Source: Thecamonas trahens ATCC 50062 (lineage: Eukaryota > Protista > Apusomonadida). Taken from it: 64,000 bases of DNA. Positions 22,092 to 32,781 of this stretch are shown piece by piece (the first letter of the stretch is position 1; every line of letters starts with the position of its first letter). The stretch covers positions 209,873 to 273,872 of the forward strand of contig NW_013657664.1 of NCBI RefSeq assembly GCF_000142905.1, given 5' to 3'. The position numbers and the translations under genes were made by a program. Under the pieces are notes generated by a model. It saw nothing but the letters and a program-made list of their open reading frames with translations. It had not been told where the DNA came from and did not search any database.

Positions 22092-23558
22092 TCTTGCGGA
22101 GCGCCTTCATCGTCACCTCGTAGGCCAGGAAGAGCGCGCCATCGGCCGGGAACGCCCGCATCAAGCACGGCAGGTAGCCCTTGTAAAACCCGCGCAGGCC
22201 CTCGCTCTTCCACACCTGCTTGATGATCGGGAGCGGGCCCTTGTACACCTCGGCCGTCTGCAGCCGCGCCGAGAGCAGGTCGAGCGGGAAGAAGGTTCCG
22301 TAGGCTGCGAGCGTCCAAGTCCTGCACTGTGAGTCTATCGTCATATCTCTCTGCTCCTCCTCCTTTGTCCCCCCTCACGCAAACTGTGCCAAACGCCCTC
22401 AACGTACCCACAACTCCGGCCAGGCCACCTGCAGCGATCGAGACCAGCGGCGATGGGTTCTTCTCCTCGCCCTTCTTGGAAAACTTGCGGCGGAAGTAAC
22501 CATACGAGCCGTACCACAGACCAACGGCAGGCATGTAGCCGGCGAGGACAAGTGGGAAGCCAACGTAGAGCGAGCGGATGCCACCCTCCTTGACAACCTG
22601 GCGGGCGCAGTCGATCATGCCCTTGTAGCGGAGCTTGCCAACGTCGCCCTTGGCGTTGTCCTGGATCATCAGCCGCTTCTTGACCAGCTCGGTGGGAACG
22701 TAGACAAACGACTGAACAAAGCCAGAGAAGACACCGATGTAGAAGAGGCCAGGGACCGTCAGCTGCGTCTCGCCGGCCTCGCCGCCGGTCTTGGGCTCGA
22801 TGGCCGACGGCACATACTCCTTCAGCAGGTACTCACCGAGCCCCCACCCTCCAAACGAGCATGCGTAGATGAACGGCGTGCCCGAGAGCGGCGACCGCAC
22901 CCCCTTGTACAGCGCCATCACACCTTCGTTCCGCACCGTCTTGATCAGACAGTCCAGTGGGCCCTTGTACTTGCGCGCGCCCGCTGCCCCATCGACCTGC
23001 AGCCGCACCTTGAGCGTATCAAACGGATGGCCCACCATAACCACTACCCTTCCCATCGCCCGCCCCAGTCACCGGCAGTACCCACCGCCCCTCATCACAC
23101 CGTAAGTCGCCTGAACCACCACCACCGCCTCCCTCCTCCCCACCCACTTGCCCCTACACCACCACCCACTCACCCCCTCCCCCTCCCTCCCTCCCACAGG
23201 TCCACCGGCAGCACACCACCTACCCGCCAGGCCCGAGTTGGTCCCCGCAATGAACTGGTACATCAGCGGATCCTGTAACACCCCCCCCCACACACACCAG
23301 GTCCCATACCCAGTCCCACGCCCAGTCCCATGCCCAGCTGTGAGTCTCCACCCCACCCCCACCCACCCCCCACCCACCCACCCACCCCTACACACACACA
23401 CACTCACACACACAACCACAACCACAACCACACACCACTGCACATACATCTCCAGTGTGGGTGTCGTTACTCTCTGCAGCAGGCGTCGGCACAGGCTCTT
23501 CCGAGCCGGCAGACGCAGCCACAAATCGCGGGAACGGGCTGGTCGGTGCCGTCGCCAT
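22081..23558 (-). CDS. Mitochondrial carrier (SLC25; carnitine/ornithine-carrier-like); exons 23558-23448, 23272-23224, 23043-22408, 22304-22081
   Basis: Signature motifs HPFDTLKVRLQ, PTELVKKRL, FPLDLLSARLQ; YKGPLDC, EGLRGFYKG, RAFP; three phase-consistent GT-AG introns. Confidence 0.92.
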
Positions 23559-23689
23559 GAGTGATGCGCGAGAGTGGAGTGTGTGATGTGGTGTCCTCGC
23601 TCGTCCCACGCCTCCCATGGCCAACAAAGAGCCGCTCACTCGGGTCCCCTCACATACATTTGCCGACACAATGCAGTTTTTTGTCGGGA

Positions 23690-26380
23690 TCACAGCGGCC
23701 AGGTTCGCGGGAGGCCCAGCCACGGTGCAATGGTCATCCAGGTCTTGGCAACGCCGACAGGGAGCCAGGCGTGCCATGGATCGATGCGCAGGGCCAGCGC
23801 AAGCAGCTCGCTGGCAGTGTGTGGAGACGACGACGCGAGGTTCGGGTGCCCGGCAACAAGGCGCGCGGCAGCAAAGGCGGCGTAAGCGATGGGCCCGGCC
23901 TCCTGCTGCGGCAGCTGCTCGTCGTCCGACGTCGGCGCTTGCGCCGCGATGAGGTAACAGCGCAGGGCACCCTGAAGGTCGCCCTGAGCTTCGGCGGCCA
24001 AGCCGAGTTCAAGCCCCGCGTACGGGTCCGGTGACGACCAGTCAGCAAGGATGTGGACAAAGCGGGCACGGAGCCGGGCCAGCGCCGGATCGGACCCGTC
24101 GCGAGTGCGGAAGAGGTCATCGATGACCACAAGTGCGTTGCGGGCGGCGACGCGCGAGCCAGACCATGCTGCTATGCTGTAGAGCGTGAGGGCAGCATCG
24201 GACGCTCCAGCTCGTGCCGCAAACCATGCCAGACCCAGTGCCTGAACATGGTTGGGTGCACGACCGGCGGCCGCCACAAGCAGCGACCGCGCGGAGTACT
24301 CCATGGATTCGAGTTGCTGGCGCGGTAGCGGGGGAGCATGCGGCGGCGGCGTGACCACTGTCCGTTCGATGAGTTGGTATCCGCGGCCAGCCTGTCCGAC
24401 CGGCGAGCCGGCGTCGACGAGCGTGTCGAGCAGCGAACTGTAGCTCGGTATCACGCTGGCGTCGAGTGTGGCGCCGCGGGCGCCTGCTGCATCACGGAGT
24501 GCGAGCCAGGCTGTGGCAAGCAGCTCGTCGCCATCGATGGGTGTGGCATGCGTGTCCCGCGCGTTGACCGCCAGCAGCTTGGCCGCCTCAACAATCTGGC
24601 CGACCTCGCACAGCGCAGTTGCCCAGTGCAGTCGCACGTACCACGCGCCAGCATCGCCTGCCGCCGACGCACCGCCGTTGATGGTAGCAAGTTCGCTGAG
24701 CGCCTTTTGGTAGTGTACCAGGCTCCGTGGCAGCGATTTGGTCTCGCCCAGGCCATGCTGGGCCATGACGCCCTGGAACATGGCCGCAATGGCGGCAACC
24801 CGACGCGGCGCGGCGGCCCGCTGCATCTCGCGCCCAAAGATCGACTGCGCATGCGCATGGTCACCATGGACCAGTGACGAGAGAGCAGTGGCAACTCTTG
24901 CACGCGCGGAAGCCATGTCAGCCGACTCTCCCGGAAGAAGCTGCCTGACCCAGCTCTGAACCTCAGTCTCAAAGAACCGCGGCAGCGGGAGGTCAGCGTC
25001 GTCGCCTACCGGCACCAGCGGGCGGGCGAGGAGGGCTGCTTCCGTGGCAATAGCCGGGACCATGGCGAGCGACGGTGGCGCGCTCCACGCTGCCGTCGCT
25101 GCGAGACCTTCATCGGCCAGCGCACGCCACGCCTCGACCGGACGGTCCCGGCCACCGTCGACGGACGCGACCGCGCCCTGCGGCAGCCCTAGCATCGTCG
25201 CGAGATCAAAGTAGGCTTGCGCTGACACGTTGCGTCCACCTGCAGCATGGTGCGCGCCGAGGAGCAGCGCTGCGCGAGCATCGTTCAGCTCGCTGACGGC
25301 TGTCTCCAGCAGCTTAAAGGCAGCGCTGGGCTGAGTCGGCATGCAAAGGCCCCACATTGCCTGCCACGCTTGTGTCAGCAGCGCGTCAGCTGCGCCCATC
25401 TGCATGTCGAGGGCCAGGCTGGCGCAAATCCTAGACGCCGGCACATGGCGGAGCGCGGTGAGCATCGGATGTGGAACGAGTGAGGACTGCGGGTCGCCGT
25501 CGAGGGCAATGCGCGCATAGTCGGAGCGCGCATACGCCAGCGCCCAGTGTTCAGACGCGCTGCTGGCTTCACCCTCACCCCGGCTCGCCTGCCAGCTGAC
25601 AACCTTGGCGTCACGGCGGGAAGACGCAGCGTCAAAGACCTGGACAAAGATCGGTGAGAGAACAAGTTCGTTGTTTTTGTGGGCAAGCGCGGCAATTTGC
25701 GGAGCAGGAAGTGGCACATCGCGGACGACAACGCCCTCGACTGCACCGGCAAAGCCGCTCTTGGACCAGGGATCGCACCCGATGAACCAGTCGCCGGTGT
25801 TGGTGACGAACGAGTGCTGCGGTGCGAGCGGCTGGGCCGGCCACGACGCCGAGAACGCTAGCGAGCCGTTGATGTAAACCCGGGCTGTGTCCGCTTGGGC
25901 GCCATACTCGACGACGAGGGCGAGCGCGTGCCAGGCGCCGGGCAGAAGGGTGACAGTCGCCGGCGAGTCGACAACAGCGGCCTGATCAAAGACCCATGAT
26001 CCGCGCGCGGCCACCCGCAAGCCGGCTCTGGGCGCCGGGTGGAGCCACAGCGCCGGAATGGCCGATGACGAGTTGGATGGCTTGCGGATGATAGACCGGT
26101 ACGGAGCGTGACCGGGAGGTGAGGGTGAGCTCGGTGGCGGTGGCGGCGCGACAAAGATCCACATGGCCACAGTAGCGCCAGCGTGCTGACGAGCTGAGCC
26201 ACGGCCGTTCCCCTTCCCTACATCAGCATGCAGTGGTGGCAATGGTGGCCGGCGGACCCTTGCGTATGCCTTGCTATCCAGAGCGAGACCACAGGCAGGC
26301 AGTCCAGAGCAAGCCAGGCACACCACCATCAAGACCACCACTGCCAGCCCTGCCCGAGTCCAACTCCTTTGCGACGGCAT
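23690..26380 (-). CDS. Secreted/membrane LamG (concanavalin-like) plus SEL1-repeat protein, SEL1L3-like layout
   Basis: Signal peptide AGLAVVVLMVVCLAC; WHALALV...VYINGSL...FIG...FAGAV LamG pattern; degenerate SEL1 helices (GVMAQHGLG...LVHYQKA); C-terminal AWLPV. Confidence 0.6.
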   Translation of the reverse strand: MPSQRSWTRAGLAVVVLMVVCLACSGLPACGLALDSKAYARVRRPPLPPLHADVGKGNGRGSARQHAGATVAMWIFVAPPPPPSSPSPPGHAPYRSIIRKPSNSSSAIPALWLHPAPRAGLRVAARGSWVFDQAAVVDSPATVTLLPGAWHALALVVEYGAQADTARVYINGSLAFSASWPAQPLAPQHSFVTNTGDWFIGCDPWSKSGFAGAVEGVVVRDVPLPAPQIAALAHKNNELVLSPIFVQVFDAASSRRDAKVVSWQASRGEGEASSASEHWALAYARSDYARIALDGDPQSSLVPHPMLTALRHVPASRICASLALDMQMGAADALLTQAWQAMWGLCMPTQPSAAFKLLETAVSELNDARAALLLGAHHAAGGRNVSAQAYFDLATMLGLPQGAVASVDGGRDRPVEAWRALADEGLAATAAWSAPPSLAMVPAIATEAALLARPLVPVGDDADLPLPRFFETEVQSWVRQLLPGESADMASARARVATALSSLVHGDHAHAQSIFGREMQRAAAPRRVAAIAAMFQGVMAQHGLGETKSLPRSLVHYQKALSELATINGGASAAGDAGAWYVRLHWATALCEVGQIVEAAKLLAVNARDTHATPIDGDELLATAWLALRDAAGARGATLDASVIPSYSSLLDTLVDAGSPVGQAGRGYQLIERTVVTPPPHAPPLPRQQLESMEYSARSLLVAAAGRAPNHVQALGLAWFAARAGASDAALTLYSIAAWSGSRVAARNALVVIDDLFRTRDGSDPALARLRARFVHILADWSSPDPYAGLELGLAAEAQGDLQGALRCYLIAAQAPTSDDEQLPQQEAGPIAYAAFAAARLVAGHPNLASSSPHTASELLALALRIDPWHAWLPVGVAKTWMTIAPWLGLPRTWPL

Positions 26381-26983
26381 AAGCAGACAGAGCCAATGAG
26401 TATTCCCTCCAGCCGACACCTTGTTATGAGTGAGGTGAGGCAGTGAGCAGGAGAGTGTGAGGTTGGTGTCGAGGGTGTGCGCCATGGCTTCATGAACAGC
26501 TGCTGACCTCGGGAGCTCTGCTACCTCTGACAGGCACTCGACCTGCTGCTTGTGGCCAAGTCGGCCATCGGAATGGTGCCCCGTGCCCACGGTATCGCAC
26601 GGGTCAAGCGATGGCTCGGCGGGGTGTTAAGCGGCATGTCATCATCTAGCACAATGTTGATACCCACATAGTTGATCACATCGCCTCTGCCATCTATGCC
26701 GTCGTCAGACCATGTGTCACGCCACTCGCCAAGCCGTCATCGCACCGGCAAGATCCCGAACTCCGGCCTGGCCAGCCACAACTACAACCAAGGCGAGATC
26801 GCACTCCTGGAACCCGCCCATCCCCCCCTCTGCATCGAAACCCTCACGTCGGCAAAGCCACGATCCCCCCTCCTCCACCCCACCCCATCAGCCGTCCCCT
26901 CTTCCCGGACTCGGCCACCATCCATCCTCTGCGACCACCGGGCCCATCACCTCTCCCTCACCCCACCCCAGCCTACCGTTGCC

Positions 26984-28015
26984 ATGTACAAGTCTGGCCT
27001 ATCGTTTGTGGAGGTGTACTCCGAGCTCGAGCACTCTGTCCTTGCGCTCGATGCGGTGGTGCTCTCTAAGACCACGGCTTTCCAGCAGCTGGACATTGTC
27101 GACTCGTCGCTCTACGGCCGCTCGCTGGTGCTGGACGGCTCGTGGCAGTCGTCGAGCCGCGATGAGGCGCACTACCACGAGGCGCTGGTTCATCCGGCCT
27201 TTCTGGCCTATGCTGCCGCCCATGGAGCCGCTGGTCCGTCGACCGTCCTCATTCTCGGCGGCGGCGAGGGCGCCACCGCCCGCGAGGCCCTCCGCTGGCC
27301 GTCGGTGACCAAGGTAGTCATGGTGGACATCGACGGCGAGGTGGTTGAGGCGTGCAAGGAGCACATGCCCGAGTTCTCAGCCGGCGCCTTTGACGATCCC
27401 AAGGTCGAGCTGGTCATCGGCGATGCGCTCAAGTACCTGGCCGACGCTGGCGCCGATGCCAACGGCCCGCGCTTCGACGTGGTCATCTCGGACTTGTCGG
27501 ATCCGATCGACGACGGCCCGTCACAGGCTCTGTTCACCCGCGAGGTCTTTGCTTCTGTCCGCGGCGTCCTCTCGCCCGAGGGTGTGTACGTCCTCCAGGC
27601 CGGCCAGGTCTCGCCGTTCCTCGAAATGCATGTCCACACGTACTCGACCATGAAGGCGGTCTACCCGCACGTTCTGGGCTACTCGACGGATGTGGCCTCG
27701 TTCCGCTCGCACTGGGGCTTTATGCTCGGCGCGTTTTCCGACGCGTACGCGCCGCAGGCAACGTGCCTCGGCCGCCCGGCGCCGTTTTCGCCGCTCTTTG
27801 CCGCGTCGGCCATCGACACCCTCCTCGCCGGTGCCGACCTCACCGACTCGCTACAGCTTCTCGACGGCGAGGGCATGCTGAGCATGGTGACCCACCCCAA
27901 GTGGCTCCGTACCGCCTACGCACGCGCCACCAAGGTGTTCTCGTCGAGCGATGCCGAGCTTGCGTCGTACACGACCACGCTCGACGACGAGAACGAGCCT
28001 GCCGCCGCGCAGTGA
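26984..28015 (+). CDS. Polyamine aminopropyltransferase (spermidine/thermospermine synthase family)
   Basis: LVLDGSWQS...DEAHYHEALVHP, ILGGGEGATARE, VDIDGEVV, FDVVISDLSDP; intronless. Confidence 0.92.
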   Translation: MYKSGLSFVEVYSELEHSVLALDAVVLSKTTAFQQLDIVDSSLYGRSLVLDGSWQSSSRDEAHYHEALVHPAFLAYAAAHGAAGPSTVLILGGGEGATAREALRWPSVTKVVMVDIDGEVVEACKEHMPEFSAGAFDDPKVELVIGDALKYLADAGADANGPRFDVVISDLSDPIDDGPSQALFTREVFASVRGVLSPEGVYVLQAGQVSPFLEMHVHTYSTMKAVYPHVLGYSTDVASFRSHWGFMLGAFSDAYAPQATCLGRPAPFSPLFAASAIDTLLAGADLTDSLQLLDGEGMLSMVTHPKWLRTAYARATKVFSSSDAELASYTTTLDDENEPAAAQ

Positions 28016-28039
28016 AGCCGCCGCGCACTTCGGTCTCAG

Positions 28040-29855
28040 CTAGCTCGAGGCAAGCAGGTCACCAATGGCCTCGACCCACTCGGACGCCGTCGCGTCCGGA
28101 TCGGACAGATTGTACGACCGATCCGGGACGTGGATGCGGAACTTCTTGGCCGAGACCAGTTCCGGCGAGAGGTCGCCCGACCACGGGATCTCGCCCTTGA
28201 CCACGTTCTTCTTCGGGTCGACGTAAAACAGCCGCGGCTTGTCGGTGAGGAACAGCATGCGCTTCTTGGTTGAGAGGCCCTTCTTCTTGAACACCAGCCC
28301 ATTCTTAACAATGAGCTCGTCGTCCCCCACAAAGTCGGCCCACTGTGACTGGCGTTGCAGCGCAAGCTTCTCGCCGCGGCTCCGCGAGTCGTCGCCGCCG
28401 CACGCGTCCGTCCCGGCCGCCATCTCGGGCGATAGGACCGAGAGGTCAGGCGCAGGCTGCTCCCACAGTCGCTCCCAGTTGACGCCTTCAAAGAAAAAGT
28501 GATCCCGCAGCATGTCATACCCGCCGGGCCCAGCCCCGATCCGCTCCACTGGATCCAGTTCCAGGAGCTCGTCTACCAGCCCGCGCGCCTCGTCCGACGG
28601 AAAGTCGTCCGGAAACTTGAGGTCGCGCTTCTGGATGCGCTGGAAGATCAGATAGTCAGTCGCGGCGTGGAACGGCATCGCGCCCGTGAGCAACTGGTAC
28701 AGAATGCACCCGAGGCCCCACAAATCCGACGCTTTGCACGTATACTTGTCGGTAAGCAGCTCGGGCGAGACGTACTCGGCCGTGCCCAGAAACGAGTTAG
28801 ACCGCGCCATGGTTGTCTCGGATGCCGTGCCATCACCTGCCCCGCCATCGCCCTCGCCTTCGCCCTCACCACCGTCAGCCGGCTCGAGAAGTTTGGCCGT
28901 CCCAAAGTCAGTGATCTTGAGGTGCCAGTCGGCCGTGATGAGCACGTTCTCCGGCTTGAGATCGCGGTGGACCACGTTCTTCGAGTGCAGAAACTCGAGT
29001 GCAGACACAAGCTCCGCCATGTGGAACTGCGACGTCGGCACGTCGAACCGCCCCAACGTCCGCAGCCACGTCAGCAGCTCGCCGTTCTCAGCGATCTCCA
29101 TCACAAAGTACAGTGACGACGGATCCGAAAACGTATAGTACAGTCGAACCACCAGCGGGTGCTTGCACAGATCAAGCAAGTCGCGCTCCGTCGTCACATA
29201 CCGGATCTTATCCTCACGCATGATGTGGTCCTTTGACAGCACTTTGATGGCGCACCGCCGTCCATTCGCCTTTTCTTCGGCCTCGTACACCTACACCGCG
29301 CCCCACTGAGTAAGGCCACCGCCCGCCCAGCAACCAACCAGCAACACCACTACCGCCACCCTTCCGGCCTTGTGCCTAAACCCACCACCTATTACCTCCT
29401 CCTCCCTCCTTTCACCCACGCCTTCCTTCAGCCCACCCACCCACTCCCCCTGCCACTCCCCCTTCCCCTTCCCCCTCCCCCACCGACTGCCAGAACATGC
29501 ATTGCCCAATTCGGGACTCAAGAGAGGGGGTACGGCCTGGGGGGGTGTGGACGGCTCCCCAGACAACGGCCCCCAGAGGGGTGAGGNNNNNNNNNNNNNN
29601 NNNNNNNNNNNNNNNNNNNNNNNNNNNNNNNNNNNNNNNNNNNNNNNNNNNNNNNNNNNNNNNNNNNNNNNNNNNNNNNNNNNNNNGGGGTGGGGGGGTC
29701 GACCCGCAACCTACCCCCCCTCCCCTCCCCCCTCCCTTCCCCCCCTTCCACCCCCCCCCACACAAACAGGTAATACATACCTGTCCAAATGAGCCCTCTC
29801 CAAGCACTGTCCTGAACTCAAAGTCCTCCCTGTACCGCTTTCGCGAGTCTGCCAT
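28040..29855 (-). CDS. PDPK1: 3-phosphoinositide-dependent kinase 1 (kinase + PH); exons 29855-29781 and 29290-28040
   Basis: LGEGSFG, AIKVLSK.HI, HRDLKPEN, ITDFGTAK, RSNSFLGTAEYVSPELL; PH domain KKKGL..KKRML.LTDKPRLFYVDP...KGEIPW. Confidence 0.95.
29587..29686. other. Assembly gap (N run) inside the PDK1 intron, flanked by G/C tracts
   Basis: Run of n. Confidence 0.99.
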
Positions 29856-30018
29856 GGCTCTCGGCTTCTGCTGCTGCTCGAGTGCAGCTAAAAGTCCCGA
29901 GTTGCGTGTTGGCTATTGGCTGCTGGCTGCTGGCACCCGAGTGTGTCAGGACCACTTCGAGCTGCAATCGCTCAGCTGGCTGTTCCGCGACCGGGTTTAT
30001 CACCACGCACATTCTCAC

Positions 30019-32292
30019 TCACTCGTCGTCAGTGTCCATGTCAAGAGGCGAAAAGACGAGCGCGACCCGCGGCGAGCGCCGGGCAGACGACGGCGAGGCC
30101 GATCGGGCGGCCGAGGACCGGAGGAGCGATGCCCGTCTACGCTTGACAAGCGGCGATACCGAGTCGTGCTGCCTGGCTGGTGGATAGAGCGAGGCAATCG
30201 ACGAGCTGAGCGCGCTTTCCAGCTCCAGCGGTGACGAGAGCCGCAGCTCGCGCGTGCTCTCCAGCGAGCTGGACAGGCCGGCAGTCTTGGTACCGATATC
30301 CATGGGGGTCGGCGAGGCTGCCGTCGCAGCCGCCGAGCTCGGGGGCGGCACGTTGTCGTCAGTCTGGTCGTGGATGAAGAACCGCTCCAGCGACGAGAGT
30401 GGGCGCTTGATGGGCGTCGGCTTGGTCGAGAGCGCCACGGCCGAGATCTCGAGCGGGCTCGCCTCCGAGGTGGCAGCAGCAGCGCTGTCCATCGGCTCTC
30501 CGCCCTTCAGCGGACGAAAGTAAGAGGTGACGAGCCCGGCTGGGCCTGCCGGCGCCGCCGCCGGAGGAGGCGGTTCGCAGTTGAAGAACTGCGTGATCGA
30601 CGCCTGGCCTCCGCCGCCAACGTCCCCGCCGGTCGGGTTGCTGCGGACCAAGCCGGCGGTCGGCGAAAAGAGCGGCGAGAAGAGCGGAGACGACTGACCG
30701 TCGCGCGCCATGGTCGGCGAGAGCCGCGCCAGCCGCGGTGACGGCACCCGCCGCGCAGCCAATGGCGAAAAGGTCGGCGACGCCGGCGGGAGCTCGGACG
30801 CGGCTTCGGCAAGCATGGGCGGCAAGGTGCACGCAGCTGCGTCGTCAAAGCCGGACGTCGAATACAGACTCACCCACTCGGGGAGTGGCGCATCCGCCGC
30901 CGCATGCTCGGGCGACGGTGCAAGGTCCCACACGCGCACCGTGTTGTCATCTGAGCCCGACGCGAGCTTGAACGGATCGGCTGCACACCCATCCACCGCG
31001 GTCGACTCGGTATCGTGGCCGCGGAGGACCATGAACGGAAGCAGTGCCGACGAGGAGCCCGGTCCGACTTTCGCTGCCGGGGCGTTGTAGTTCCACAGGT
31101 ACACGCCGCCGTCTGACGAGCCTGAGACCACAAACTCGCCTGACGGCATGAACGCGCTCTTGACGTAGAACGACCGCGTCCGATGGCCGAGCAGGAGTCG
31201 CGGTTGCGCCGTCGCAGGCTCGGCAAGCATGTCCGCCATCGAGTACACGTAGATCGACGAGGTCGTTGCCTGCGAGACCAGCACTGACGCTCCATCCGGC
31301 GACATGTCGAGCGCCACCAGCCCATACCGCGAGCTTGCCGCGCTCCCCGGGCCGCCGTCGACCAGCGACGGCGCACCAAACGGCGAAGGTAGCAGCGCCG
31401 CTACCGCCGCCCCGGTCGGCTTCCGCGCGCTTCGCAGCGCGCGCACGTCCCAGATCTTCATGAGACCGTCAATGGCGCCGGCCGAGAACAGCGTCACGTC
31501 GTCGGCTGCAAACCGGACCGCCGTCACCGACTGGTTCGCCTCCAGCTTGCGCATCCGCCGCGCGCGTTGATACCGCATGAGTACGTGCGCGTTCGGCACA
31601 GCAACAACCGGCCCGGCCTCAGCCGCCCGCGCGTCCCACAGCATGATGGCCCCGTCGCGCGCTGACGATGCCAGCAGCGACGGTGAGCCGGGTGCAAATG
31701 TCACAGACTTGACCGAGCCGCGATGGCCGGCAAGCACCTTTTTGCACAGCCCGGTCTCGGTATCCCAAAGCTTGCAGTTCTGGTCGCCCGACGCAGTCAC
31801 AATTGTGCGTGCGTCGGCCGCCCACGCCAGATCAAAGATGGCGTTGTTATGCGCGATCCACCACTCGCGCTGCGTCGTGGCCTCATTGCGCCCGGCAGTG
31901 TCGAGCACCGTCACCGTCCCGTCCTCGTCGGCAACCGCCAGCAGCGAACTCGATGCCCCGCGCCCAGCGAACTTGACTGCCGTCGGCGGCACCAGCGGAG
32001 CCGCCACCTGCGACGAGCCAAAGTCGCCCGATCGCGCCTCGGCAATCGACGGAAAGACATGAAGGCCGCGGGCGTAGCACGCGTACGCACCGGTGTATGC
32101 CGTTGCTGCAGACACTTGCGCCGCGAGACCGCCCCGGCCCCGCGGCCCACGCAGAGCACGCTGCGCCAGCGCGCGTCGCACAGACCCAGCACTCGCTCCA
32201 AGCCCTGCCCCACTTCTCACGCTAGCTGCAAACCAACCCGCAGCGGGTGTCCGCGTCGGCGACGCGTTTAGCGTCCTCGGCAGGCCCCGCAT
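30019..32292 (-). CDS. DTL: CDT2/denticleless WD40 substrate receptor of CRL4
   Basis: WIAHNNAIFDLAW, TASGDQ, GHRGSVKSV, RDGAIMLWD, SVTAV, SAGAIDG, SFYVKS, SGSSD; PIP-like QASITQFF in the tail. Confidence 0.88.
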   Translation of the reverse strand: MRGLPRTLNASPTRTPAAGWFAASVRSGAGLGASAGSVRRALAQRALRGPRGRGGLAAQVSAATAYTGAYACYARGLHVFPSIAEARSGDFGSSQVAAPLVPPTAVKFAGRGASSSLLAVADEDGTVTVLDTAGRNEATTQREWWIAHNNAIFDLAWAADARTIVTASGDQNCKLWDTETGLCKKVLAGHRGSVKSVTFAPGSPSLLASSARDGAIMLWDARAAEAGPVVAVPNAHVLMRYQRARRMRKLEANQSVTAVRFAADDVTLFSAGAIDGLMKIWDVRALRSARKPTGAAVAALLPSPFGAPSLVDGGPGSAASSRYGLVALDMSPDGASVLVSQATTSSIYVYSMADMLAEPATAQPRLLLGHRTRSFYVKSAFMPSGEFVVSGSSDGGVYLWNYNAPAAKVGPGSSSALLPFMVLRGHDTESTAVDGCAADPFKLASGSDDNTVRVWDLAPSPEHAAADAPLPEWVSLYSTSGFDDAAACTLPPMLAEAASELPPASPTFSPLAARRVPSPRLARLSPTMARDGQSSPLFSPLFSPTAGLVRSNPTGGDVGGGGQASITQFFNCEPPPPAAAPAGPAGLVTSYFRPLKGGEPMDSAAAATSEASPLEISAVALSTKPTPIKRPLSSLERFFIHDQTDDNVPPPSSAAATAASPTPMDIGTKTAGLSSSLESTRELRLSSPLELESALSSSIASLYPPARQHDSVSPLVKRRRASLLRSSAARSASPSSARRSPRVALVFSPLDMDTDDE

Positions 32293-32781
32293 CCGGGTTC
32301 GGAAAAAGGTCGCAGAATCTACACCTTGCGGCCACAGCCCGTCCAGCCTCGTCCAACCGTGGTCTTGTGCTGCTCACCAGCGCAGTCCACGACAGGTATG
32401 AGAGCCCCACAATACCAAAGCACGTATTCTACTCTCTGTCCTCTCTACACTTGCCACCAACTGTCTTCCGCGTATGGCAGAGGAGAATGAATGTGTCGAG
32501 TGCAGAGGGGGGAGAGGGGGGAAGAGGGAGAGGTACCGAACCATTCACTCATTCGTTCGTTGCTTCGCGTGTTCGTTCTGTTGGGTCGATAATTCCACAA
32601 CGGACACAATGAAAAGGAAGCGATGTTCCGAATCGTAACATTCATTGGTGATGATTGCTCGCCAGCAGGCCAGTCGGCCAGCCGGCCAGTCGGCTAGGAA
32701 CGAACCCCACCACGGAGTGGCCTCCCTCGCCCCCCACCCCACTTACGATTGCTCACCACCTCGCTTGCATTCCAACAAGCC

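Noticed and set aside
21398-23056. 552-aa mitochondrial carrier ORF as listed in the track
   Set aside because: It reads through intron 22407-22305 into the antisense of the ATPase; the spliced model ends at 22081.
26672-26983. N-terminal extension of the aminopropyltransferase ORF
   Set aside because: It has a non-ATG track start and runs through a C-tract leader; GCCATG at 26984 matches the expected family start.
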